The translations under genes and the position numbers were made by a program. From the NCBI GenBank assembly GCA_963730075.1, contig CAVSQH010000019.1, positions 35,150-99,149 on the forward strand: 64,000 nucleotides of DNA, read 5' to 3'. This DNA comes from an uncultured Solirubrobacterales bacterium (GTDB taxonomy: Bacteria > Actinomycetota > Thermoleophilia > Solirubrobacterales > Solirubrobacteraceae). Positions 53,837 through 64,000 of the stretch are shown here, piece by piece. The notes beneath the pieces were generated by a model. The model did not search any database, had not been told where the DNA came from, and saw only the letters and a program-made list of their open reading frames with translations. Each line of letters opens with the position of its first letter. Positions within the stretch are counted from its first letter, which is position 1.

Positions 53837-54254
53837 CGGTCCCACGTCACACAATCTCGCCCCTCGTTCTCGCGGTCCCCTTTAGACAATCGGGGCACGT
53901 CGGACCAAAGCGCCGGGCCCACCGCGCCGCTGAAGCACGCGCCTGCTCGAACGAGATCGTTCACGCATTGCCATGGCCGCTCTGCGGTGTTTAGAAACGC
54001 CCGCCGTGAGGCAGATACAAGCACGAGGGTTGTCCCACCGCAGCCCCCGGTCCCGTGCGGTGGGCGGCCCTTGTTTCTCGAACCTTCCAGCACGGAGGCA
54101 AGTTGTTCCTCCGATCCGCGCCCATGCCCACGTAAGCGACCTTGACCGTGAGCTTTGCTTGCAAGGTTGCATTCGCGCAGAGGAGAGCGGTTGTGGGGCT
54201 CGACGACCGTCGGTAGAGTGGCCGCCCGGCCCTCGGAGCAGGCGGTGAAGCCCG

Positions 54255-54818
54255 ATGCGAACACGGCGACAAACGACGATCGAGGATCTCCGGCACGCGA
54301 TCGACAGCCTCCCCCGCCATACCCGGGTCGCGATGCTCGACGGCATCCGCGAGAACGACATCATCGTGGGCGCCTACACCGATCATGGCGGCATCTGCCC
54401 GATGCTGGCCGCGCACCGCGCCGGCGGTCGCACCACCTGCATCTCGTTCGCGAAGGCATGGGACGCGTTCGCGTTCCGTGGCGCCCGCACGCGGCTGGCC
54501 CGGCAGGCGACCCGGCGCGAGCTGCTCGTGCTCACATCTCATCTCGAGGCGAGTCTGCTCGACGACGATGGCGCGACCAGCGAACTGGGCGCCGCGATCG
54601 CTCAGCATGAGGAGCTCGTACAAGCGCGTCCCGACGGCGGTCGTCCAGGCGACCCGGACCGAAGCGCCGAGCTCGAGACCCGGCCGGGGTGGGCCTGGCT
54701 GCGGGTCATGCGCCGGTACGACGAGTATCAGCGCGCGCTGGCGCTGGTCGAGTCCGGCGGAGGCGACCCACCGGCCACTGAGCCACAACGACCCGCCGAG
54801 CTCACGCCGTCGCGCTGA
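54255..54818 (+). CDS. Hypothetical protein
   Basis: GC3-biased codons; IIVGAYTD.GGICPMLAAHR.GGRT...FAKAWD.F looks like a conserved motif. Confidence 0.75.
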   Translation: MRTRRQTTIEDLRHAIDSLPRHTRVAMLDGIRENDIIVGAYTDHGGICPMLAAHRAGGRTTCISFAKAWDAFAFRGARTRLARQATRRELLVLTSHLEASLLDDDGATSELGAAIAQHEELVQARPDGGRPGDPDRSAELETRPGWAWLRVMRRYDEYQRALALVESGGGDPPATEPQRPAELTPSR

Positions 54819-54860
54819 GAAACTCTCCGCTGCGCGCGCGATCACCGAGCGCGCCGCGAG

Positions 54861-55877
54861 GTGAAGATTTCGCCGCGGGGGGCGATCGCCAGTAAGTCGG
54901 AAGTCACCGTTGCAGGTTTCTCACAGTCGCTGGACGATCCTCTCGACGGCTACTTCGAGTCTCCCTCTGGTCGGGGTCCGGCCGTCCCTGCCGTCATCTA
55001 CCGTGGAGCCGTGCGGCGCCAACCCAACGCCCGCAGCTTCGGAAGCGTCTTTGATCAGGTCGCCGAGGACTATGACCGTCATCGTCCGACCTACTCGGAC
55101 GTACTCGTCGATCGGGCGTGCGAGAGCGCCGGCATTGGCCCCGGCGCGGCGGTGCTCGAGATCGGCTGCGGCACTGGGCAGCTCACGCGCAGCCTGGTAA
55201 CGCGCGGGCTGCGGGTCACAGCCGTGGAGCCGGGCCAGCAGCTGATCGCACGGGCTCGCGATCGGTTGAACGGCGTCGGCGATGTGCAGTTCGTCAACGC
55301 GCGCCTGGAGGACGCCTCGCTGCCGCGCGCCCGGTACTCGGCTGTGTTCTCGGCGTCGGCGATCCATTGGATCGATCCGGATGTGAGCTGGCGCAAGGCG
55401 GCCGACGTATTGGTGGATGGCGGGAGCCTTGCGCTGGTCTCGTACTTCGGGCTTGACGATCCCCGCAGCGCCGACGATCAGCGAGCGCTGCGTGCCGCCA
55501 AGGCGACGATCGCGCCCGAACGCGCCGCCGAGTGGCCTATCTACCGGGACCTCGCATCCACCCTCGCCGGCGTTGCGGCCCGGCGTCACAACGTCTCGGA
55601 GGTGTGGGCGTGGCTGGGGGCCTATGAGATCGCGCGAGGCCATGCAGCGGACCTGTTTGATGATGCGCAGGTCGCCACGATGCCCATGCTCCTGGAGCAC
55701 ACCGCTGACGAGCTCAACGCTCTGCTGGGCACCATGTCGTTCTGGGCACGACTGTCACCCTCACAGCGCGACGCCCTCGCCGCGGAAAATCAAATGTTCC
55801 ACGACCGGCTCGGCAGGCCGATCCGCTCCAGCACGATCGCCTGCCTGGTGGTCGCACGGCGCCAGCCCCGCACCTGA
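54861..55877 (+). CDS. Class I SAM-dependent methyltransferase
   Basis: FDQVAEDYDRHRPTY, VLEIGCGTGQ and AIHWID. Likely start is the GTG at 55011. Confidence 0.88.
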   Translation: MKISPRGAIASKSEVTVAGFSQSLDDPLDGYFESPSGRGPAVPAVIYRGAVRRQPNARSFGSVFDQVAEDYDRHRPTYSDVLVDRACESAGIGPGAAVLEIGCGTGQLTRSLVTRGLRVTAVEPGQQLIARARDRLNGVGDVQFVNARLEDASLPRARYSAVFSASAIHWIDPDVSWRKAADVLVDGGSLALVSYFGLDDPRSADDQRALRAAKATIAPERAAEWPIYRDLASTLAGVAARRHNVSEVWAWLGAYEIARGHAADLFDDAQVATMPMLLEHTADELNALLGTMSFWARLSPSQRDALAAENQMFHDRLGRPIRSSTIACLVVARRQPRT

Positions 55878-56036
55878 CCAGCTTGGTTCCTCCACTGACT
55901 GCTCCGCGCGCGAGATAGGCGAGGAGAACGCGAAGGAGTCTGGGCTTCCTGGCTTCCGCAGCGTTTCAATGGCATGCGGCAGGTATTGCGACCGGGGGTG
56001 CCGGCGCCTGGACCTGATTCCTCCCGGCTTGACGTT

Positions 56037-56050
56037 TGCCGATATCGGCA
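56037..56050. promoter_or_regulatory. Palindromic operator of the ArsR operon
   Basis: Perfect palindrome TGCCGATATCGGCA, 12 bp before the ATG and next to TATGAT. Confidence 0.7.
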
Positions 56051-56062
56051 TATGATTGCGGC

Positions 56063-56404
56063 ATGGCACGAGCAGCGACGACGTCGGACGTCTTCAACGC
56101 GATCGCCGAGCGGCAGCGCCGGGAGATCCTGGTGCTACTGCGTGCGGGCGAGGGGCCGGTGACCGAGTTGGCCCAGGAGCTGGGGATGACCCAGCCGGGG
56201 GCGTCCAAACACCTGCGGGTGCTCCGGGAGGTCGGACTGGTGCGGGTCCGCAAGGCAGGCAAGCAACGCCTGTACGGCCTTGACGCCCGCGGGCTGCGTC
56301 CGGTTCACGAGTGGACCGGCGGGTTCGAGCGGTTCTGGAACGAGAGCTTCGACCGGCTGGACGAGTACGTGCAGGACCTCAAGCAGGCACGGCAGGAGGA
56401 GTAG
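56063..56404 (+). CDS. ArsR/SmtB-family regulator
   Basis: DVFNAIAERQRREIL and QPGASKHLRVLREVGLV. Confidence 0.92.
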   Translation: MARAATTSDVFNAIAERQRREILVLLRAGEGPVTELAQELGMTQPGASKHLRVLREVGLVRVRKAGKQRLYGLDARGLRPVHEWTGGFERFWNESFDRLDEYVQDLKQARQEE

Positions 56405-56407
56405 CTG

Positions 56408-56914
56408 ATGAGCGCGACGGGACGAGGAGCGCCGGCGCAGTCCGCGACGGCCGACCGCGAGATCGTGATCTCCCGGGTCATCAGTGCCCCACGGGAGCTG
56501 GTGTTCGAGGCGTTCACCGAAGTGCGGCACCTGTCGCGGTGGTGGGGACCGGAGGGGTTCACCACCACCACGTGGGCGTTCGAGTTCCGCGTCGGCGGGG
56601 AGTGGGACTTCGTGATGCACGGACCGGACGGGACGGACTACCAGGAGTGGATCTCCTGGACCGCGATCGCCCCGCCGGAGCGGATCGCGCTGCTGCACGG
56701 CGAGTCCCGCGGCGACCCGAACGCCTTCGAGTCGGTCATCACGTTCGCGCCCGACGGCGCGGCGACCCGGATCGAGATGCGCGCGGTGTTCCGCACCAAG
56801 GAGCTGCGCGACGAGGCGGTCGAGAGGTACCACGCGATCGAGGGCGGCCAGCAGACCCTGAGCAACCTGGCTGCCTACGTCACCGAGATCGTTCGGAAGG
56901 GAGTTGAGGACTGA
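56408..56914 (+). CDS. SRPBCC/AHSA1 domain protein
   Basis: EIVISRVISAPRELVFEAFT and WWGPEGF. Confidence 0.92.
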   Translation: MSATGRGAPAQSATADREIVISRVISAPRELVFEAFTEVRHLSRWWGPEGFTTTTWAFEFRVGGEWDFVMHGPDGTDYQEWISWTAIAPPERIALLHGESRGDPNAFESVITFAPDGAATRIEMRAVFRTKELRDEAVERYHAIEGGQQTLSNLAAYVTEIVRKGVED

Positions 56915-57549
56915 TGGCCGGGAAGGTGTTCTTCAGCGTGACGATGTCGCTGGACGGGTTCATCGCGCCCGACGAGCGCACGGACGACCCGGATGCGCAG
57001 CGCTGGATGGCGCAGTGGATGGAACTGCAGCAGTGGATATTCCCGCAGCGGTTCTTCCGGGAGAACCTGAAGCTCGGCGAGGGCGGCGAGGAAGGGCGCG
57101 AGAACGACATCGTGCGGGAGACGTTCGAGCGCACCGGCGCGAGCGTGATGGGCAAGCGCATGTTCGACCTCGGCGAGCAGGCGTGGCCGGAGGAGGCGCC
57201 GTTCCACACGCCGGTCCTCGTCGTGACGCACGAGAAGCGCGACCCCTGGGAGCGGCCGGGCGGGACCACCTTCCACTTCGTCAAGGACGGCATCGAGCCC
57301 GCGCTCGACCAGGCCCGCGAGGCCGCCGGCGACCGGGACGTCCGCATCGCGGGCGGCGGCGCAACGATCCTGGAGTACGTGAACGCCGGCCTGATCGACG
57401 AGTTCACGATCGCGCTCTCACCCGTGCTATTCGGCTCCGGAATCCGCCTGTTCGAGGGCGTGGACACGGGCCGCGTCGCCCTGGAGCCGGTCCGCGCGGA
57501 GCCGACGCAGCGGGTGACCCACCTGACCTACGCAGTCCGGGAGCGGTAA
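56914..57549 (+). CDS. RibD C-terminal/dihydrofolate reductase family
   Basis: MSLDGFIA, VMGKRMF, AGGG and PVLFGSGIRLF. Confidence 0.92.
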   Translation: MAGKVFFSVTMSLDGFIAPDERTDDPDAQRWMAQWMELQQWIFPQRFFRENLKLGEGGEEGRENDIVRETFERTGASVMGKRMFDLGEQAWPEEAPFHTPVLVVTHEKRDPWERPGGTTFHFVKDGIEPALDQAREAAGDRDVRIAGGGATILEYVNAGLIDEFTIALSPVLFGSGIRLFEGVDTGRVALEPVRAEPTQRVTHLTYAVRER

Positions 57550-57911
57550 CTGTCTCGACCTCAGCGCTCCCCCCGCCGAACCGCCAGGAACCCGACGACC
57601 ATCCACGGAGTGAAGAGGCATACGTCTCCGCGGACCAGGCCAGATGCGAAACCACCCAGCGGGACACCCGCCGGAGCGAACGCGATTAAGCCACTCCCGG
57701 CGCCACCCCTGTCCCTTAAGACCCGCCCGATGTGACAAACAGGACTGTCTCCGGGCTGCACAACACCGCTACTGGGTTCTGCTTCTGACGACATGCGCGG
57801 CGCGGGAAGAGCGAGTCCGCGGCTGCACCGGAACGACCGATGGCAGTGGAGATGCCCAAGCTGGTCTGTGCGGCGATCGCCTCGCTCGACCCCCGAGCCA
57901 TCAGAAGACCC

Positions 57912-58670
57912 CTACCGCCCTCGGGCCTGCTCCAGGTTCGACTGGTGCGGGCCGGAGAGCCAGTCCGCATCCGGCCCCAGACGCGCGTCGACCGGTTCCT
58001 CTCCTCGCCGCAGCGCGTCAATGTAGGCACGATCGGCGGCGAGACGGGCCGCCACCTCGGGACCCTCGGCAACGGCGCCGTGGCCAGGGACCACAACATC
58101 GACGTGCCTGACGACCTCTCCCAGCCGGTCGAGTGCCGTCTCATAGGCGCCCACCTGATCGGGCTGGCCAGCGTCAAGGAGCGGGATCAGGACATCGGAG
58201 AGCATGTCGCCGGCGAGCAGGACGCCACGGTCCGCGAGGAGGACCGCGGCGTGGCCCACTGCGTGCGCCTGATGCTCGATGATCTCGCCCGGCACGGGTC
58301 CTCCGTCCGCGGGCAGCGGGGTGACGAGCCCGAACAGCTCGAGAGGGATGCCCGACTCGCTCTGCGCCGCCATCCTCTGCCCCCGCTCTCGGCCTTCACT
58401 GGCGGCGTGGGCACCGGCGGCAGTGGCGTAGCGCGGCACCTCGCCGAACCGGGAATGCCAGAGCAGGTGGTCCCAGTGGGGATGGGTGGAGAACCCGGCG
58501 ACCACCGGAATGCCGAGCCGGTCCAGGTCATCGGCGAGCTGGTTCAGATCCAAACCAGCGATGCCGGGATCGACCAGGATCAACCCACCCTCCCCGCACA
58601 CGACGATGGCATTGCTCCACACCCACTCGCTCTGCCGGACCCAGACACCATCGGCCACCTCAGTCAACAC
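57912..58670 (-). CDS. Metallo-beta-lactamase fold hydrolase
   Basis: THPHWDH, HAVGH, AGD and VPGHG. Confidence 0.9.
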   Translation of the reverse strand: MLTEVADGVWVRQSEWVWSNAIVVCGEGGLILVDPGIAGLDLNQLADDLDRLGIPVVAGFSTHPHWDHLLWHSRFGEVPRYATAAGAHAASEGRERGQRMAAQSESGIPLELFGLVTPLPADGGPVPGEIIEHQAHAVGHAAVLLADRGVLLAGDMLSDVLIPLLDAGQPDQVGAYETALDRLGEVVRHVDVVVPGHGAVAEGPEVAARLAADRAYIDALRRGEEPVDARLGPDADWLSGPHQSNLEQARGR

Positions 58671-58894
58671 GGGTTCACCCTGTCAGGTATCCCCGCCCGG
58701 GCGCAAGCCGAGCCCGCCCACACCGGTTGCGTGTCACCGGCGCCGCCCGGCGGAACTCGTTGCGGGCCTCCTCGACGCGATCCGACATTCCGGCCCGGTC
58801 ACTTGGGGTCGCTCGGCGTTGCGTTCGCGCTGGTCATCCCGGGCCGCCAACAACACAGGGTCCTCGCGCGAGTGGAGTGCGCCACCTGCGTTGG

Positions 58895-60067
58895 TCAGTT
58901 CGCTTCGTGACCCGGCGGCGTCGAATCCTGTCCGAGGGCCACACGTCTGGCTCTCGGCCCAAGTGTGGTGTCGCTCAGAAAGCCGTCCACCAGCTGCTGG
59001 GACCCTCCGATGTAGGTCCAGTCGTCGTCCCACATGGTTGAGACCAGCCACGAGCGGTCCGCGGGAAACATCAGGTCAGGCAACGTCCAGTTGAACCCCT
59101 TTTCGCGCCAACGCGCGGCCTGCTGAGACCCGGCCTCGACCAGCACGTAGCCATACCCGTAGTAGACGGTGGTCCGCGGTGCGTACGGAAAGACGACGTC
59201 GCTGGCTCCCGTGTCGAGATATCCCAGCCACCATGGCTGCTCCGGTGTCTGCTCGGTGAGCAGCTCGATCACGGCGTGCTCGTGCCGCGCCAGCTCAGCT
59301 CGGTCGTTCGCTTCCGGCAGTTCGAGAGTGCAGTAGGAGGCGAAGACCGGCGGGATCGCGGACGTGATGGTGTCGGCCGCCGACGTCCCGTCGTTGACCC
59401 ACGCCGCATCGCCGTCCGCCCCGAGGCGCCACGCGCGTCCGTCCCTGAGGACGTGGTGCCCGTCAGCGAACATCGCTCGCGCCTTCCCGGCAGCGTCAAG
59501 GATCAATTGAGCGTCAACCTCCTGGCGCCCGACCGGGATCTCGACGGCCGGCCACTCACACACAACAGCGACCGGACCCGGTGGTGGCAGCGGCGAGACC
59601 CAATACCCCTGGTGAAAGCGGCTCTCCTCTCCACCGCCACGCCCACCACCTCGTAACGGCCACATGACCGGGCCGCCTACGGGACGGTCATGCCCGCCGA
59701 CGTTCGTCGCGGTGCGGCCGTCGGCGAACTGCACGCCGATCCTCAGCAGTTGTGGCGGGAGCACATCACGCCGCTCGCCGGCGATCGGCCAGTGCCGCCC
59801 AAAGACGTCCGGCCCGGACCCGTCGCCCTCGCGACCAAGCTCGTGATACGCGACGCTCGTGCTCGCGCGGATCTCGAGCTCGAATCCCTCCGGGTAGGCA
59901 TCGAGGTAGTCGACATAGACCGCCGCCTGCTCCGAGCGCGCCAGGAGCAGTTCGCTGACCACCGCACCCAGCGGCGGGCCCTGCGGCCGCCCGGTCCAAG
60001 GCGGCGCCTCGCCCCCCTCCGACGCCTCGGCCCAGGGGCTCGGGAGAGGCTCAAAGAATCCGCTCAC
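58895..60067 (-). CDS. Hypothetical two-domain protein
   Basis: 390-aa ORF with coding-like composition; WVSPLPPPGP..VCEWP in the first half and PDLMFPADRSWLVST in the second. Confidence 0.75.
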   Translation of the reverse strand: MSGFFEPLPSPWAEASEGGEAPPWTGRPQGPPLGAVVSELLLARSEQAAVYVDYLDAYPEGFELEIRASTSVAYHELGREGDGSGPDVFGRHWPIAGERRDVLPPQLLRIGVQFADGRTATNVGGHDRPVGGPVMWPLRGGGRGGGEESRFHQGYWVSPLPPPGPVAVVCEWPAVEIPVGRQEVDAQLILDAAGKARAMFADGHHVLRDGRAWRLGADGDAAWVNDGTSAADTITSAIPPVFASYCTLELPEANDRAELARHEHAVIELLTEQTPEQPWWLGYLDTGASDVVFPYAPRTTVYYGYGYVLVEAGSQQAARWREKGFNWTLPDLMFPADRSWLVSTMWDDDWTYIGGSQQLVDGFLSDTTLGPRARRVALGQDSTPPGHEAN

Positions 60068-60198
60068 ACCGCGACTCTAAACGCGCTGCTCATGCGACGG
60101 CACAGCATGCTCGGCCCGGCCGGCAGGCGGAAAGCAGCCTGGAGCGGCTAGGGCCGAGCCGGTGAGCTGCCTCGGCCTCCGTCAGCAGTGTGCTCAGC

Positions 60199-61089
60199 TC
60201 ATAGGGTCGCGCAGGCAGCAGCCAGCGCGTCGGCCAACCGCTGGGTGTCAGAGCCGTCAGACGCGCCGTGCAGCGGATTGTGCTCGGTCACGGTCACGAT
60301 CCGCACGCGCGGGTCTCTGAGGAGCTCCCCGAGGGCGGCAAGCGCCGGTGCGAAGCCGATGCCCTGATTGGCGCCGGTATGTTCTGACAGCGGTACCTGG
60401 CCGAAATCGACCAAATCGACGTCGAAGTGCACGGCGAGCGATCGGCGCTCGCCGACCGCGGCCAATGCTCGGTGCGCCGCGGCAACCGGATCGGCGGCGA
60501 CATCCTTATCGGACACTGTTCTCATACGCAGCCGCGCGACGTGTTCGCGCTCGAACTCGGTTGCATGCGCCTCGCTGTAGCCGCATAGGACGACCGCCTC
60601 GCCGGTCAACGAGCAGGTCGCCGCGATCTCGGGCAGCGCGCCGGGCAGATCGATAGCGTGGCCGAGCCCCATCCAGTCCAGCGCCCCGTCGGCGACGCTG
60701 GAGGGAACGTTCATGTCGGCGTGAAGATCGAGGTAAACGAGGCCGGCGTCCTCGTCGATGGCGCTCAGCCCGGCGATCGAGCCCAGCCCGGTCGTGCAGT
60801 CGCCGCCGAGCACCAGCAAGGCCGAGCCCTCAGCGAGCGCAGCGGTTGCCTCATCACGGACACCCTCGATCATCGCCACGACCGCGCCGGGGTTGCGCGC
60901 CCGCGGCGAGTCGTGATCAACGCACCAGCGAAACGCGGGCAGATCACCGCGGTCTTGAACCTCCCGTCCCTGCCGTTCCAAAGCCCCAAGCAGATCAGCT
61001 TCGCGCAGGGCCGCTGGCGCCCGCTCTTGGCCAGGCGCGTAGGCACCGGCGCTCGACGGCGCCCCGATGATCGCGATCGGTCTGGCCAC
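60199..61089 (-). CDS. Arginase/ureohydrolase family
   Basis: GGDC, DLHADMN and HFDVD. Confidence 0.9.
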   Translation of the reverse strand: MARPIAIIGAPSSAGAYAPGQERAPAALREADLLGALERQGREVQDRGDLPAFRWCVDHDSPRARNPGAVVAMIEGVRDEATAALAEGSALLVLGGDCTTGLGSIAGLSAIDEDAGLVYLDLHADMNVPSSVADGALDWMGLGHAIDLPGALPEIAATCSLTGEAVVLCGYSEAHATEFEREHVARLRMRTVSDKDVAADPVAAAHRALAAVGERRSLAVHFDVDLVDFGQVPLSEHTGANQGIGFAPALAALGELLRDPRVRIVTVTEHNPLHGASDGSDTQRLADALAAACATL

Positions 61090-61263
61090 GGCTACCAGAC
61101 ACCCGACCTCGAGATCCTATGGAGCTCATGGACCGTGCTGGCTCGAGTCGACAACCGCTGGCACCTCGACAACGAAGAGCACGGGCAACCAATCGCAGCC
61201 TGCACCCTCAAGCATCCGCTCGCCTCCGACTGGACCCGGCTGATCGCCACCGACCAACTCTAA
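61090..61263 (+). pseudogene. Orphan 3' fragment resembling the C-terminus of GT39/ArnT-like membrane glycosyltransferases
   Basis: GYQTPDL...LARVDNRWHLDNEEHGQPIAAC...W...*; no start codon or TM domains upstream. Confidence 0.5.
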
Positions 61264-61316
61264 GCACCTGGACCAACCGCCGCTCAGCGAATCCACCAGA
61301 CACCAGCCCACCGCAC

Positions 61317-61544
61317 ATGAACCTCAGACAGCAACCGATCGATTACCGCGACGCGACCGCCGAACGGTCTAGGCCTCCTGTCTGGGACGGGAGCGGGCGC
61401 CGGTACGCAGACCAAACCGGCGACGCAGGCGAGATCGACCGCGCGTTCCTCCGCTGGTTCGAGACCAAGCTCGGCGCCGCCGACGCCGAGGGGGCCGAGT
61501 CGGCTGCGCTCAACTACCTGGTGGCGCTGGCACTCGAGACCTAG
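61317..61544 (+). CDS. Small hypothetical protein or gene fragment
   Basis: C-terminal half looks coding (GEIDRAFLRWFETKL...NYLVALALET). Confidence 0.3.
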   Translation: MNLRQQPIDYRDATAERSRPPVWDGSGRRYADQTGDAGEIDRAFLRWFETKLGAADAEGAESAALNYLVALALET

Positions 61545-61665
61545 TGCCGCTCCCGTCAACGCTGAGCTTCCGGGGCAGTTACCTCCTCCAGGGGCGAGCA
61601 CGCCAGTTGAGGACGCATGACCGTATAGCAGCCTCAATGATCTTCCTATCGATATATTCCTGAGC

Positions 61666-62172
61666 GTGCCCGTTCGCGCCCCGATCGAGCCAGCCGCGGC
61701 TCACCCGGCCGTCGGGCTGCTGGAAGAGCGGCGGTCGAGCCCCGGCCTATTGCTGGCGTTGCTCGGCCACCAGGCGATGCGGCGCCTGCGCGAGGCGCAC
61801 ACGGGCCACGAGCTCTCCCCGCGTCAGTTCGAGCTGCTCGGGCTGCTGCACGACAACGGCCCGATGAGCCAGCGGGAGCTCGGGCAGACGATGCGGACTG
61901 GCCCGAGCATCCTCGTCACGCTGCTGAACCCGCTGGAGAGCGGGGGGCTGCTCTCGCGCGAGCGTGACGCGGTCGACCGTCGGCGGCATCTGGTCAAGCT
62001 GACCGCCCGCGGCGAGCGGCGCCTGCAAACCGCGGTTGCGGCCCAGCGCAAGGCCGAGGACGAGCTGTTCGCCGGACTCGACGACGATCAGCGCGAGCAG
62101 CTGCGCGTGCTGCTGGTTGCGCTCCGGGCGAGCCTCGCGGGCGACTGCAGATCCGAAAGTCACGGATGCTGA
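61666..62172 (+). CDS. MarR-family regulator
   Basis: LSPRQFELL, SQRELG and DRRRHLVKLT.RG. Confidence 0.92.
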   Translation: MPVRAPIEPAAAHPAVGLLEERRSSPGLLLALLGHQAMRRLREAHTGHELSPRQFELLGLLHDNGPMSQRELGQTMRTGPSILVTLLNPLESGGLLSRERDAVDRRRHLVKLTARGERRLQTAVAAQRKAEDELFAGLDDDQREQLRVLLVALRASLAGDCRSESHGC

Positions 62173-63918
<1,746 letters not shown>

Positions 63919-64000
63919 GCCCAACGGAGTGTCAGGTTGGCCGCTCAACCCCCGGGAGGCGGTCAAGGCCGCCGACCAGACTCGTCGGCGATCACTTCTG

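Noticed and set aside
57550-57911. Possible ncRNA or mobile-element scar between convergent genes
   Set aside because: No recognisable structure, repeat or coding signal.

Overview
High-GC actinobacterial chromosome segment. Gene content resembles Thermoleophilia/Solirubrobacterales; this is my inference and was not checked by search. The first 14 kb is mostly core: trehalose genes, rpsF-ssb-rpsR-rplI, dnaB coupled to a DnaC/DnaI-like ATPase, purA, and a pepT/aminotransferase/sugar-nucleotide operon. At 14-19 kb is a SigB/SigF-type partner-switching cluster with two sigma factors. The rest is mostly accessory: LexA-boxed dinB, an ECF42 sigma, two ATPase-LuxR regulators, MMPL and MFS transporters, a membrane P-loop NTPase, a divergent MurC paralogue, and many small enzymes and hypothetical proteins. 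I found no rRNA, tRNA, CRISPR array or transposase. Several single-base frameshifts, including in the essential rpsR and dnaB, point to sequencing or assembly errors. The best candidate for an undescribed system is a translationally coupled gene pair at 49958-50664. It encodes a 2-TM membrane protein and a small helical protein that share a gapless 22-aa N/Q/G-rich N-terminal motif, resembling amyloid-signalling (RHIM/BASS-like) motifs, but with no NLR partner. An FHA gene follows, and the block lies between two paralogous lipoprotein genes that share a 35-bp operator.
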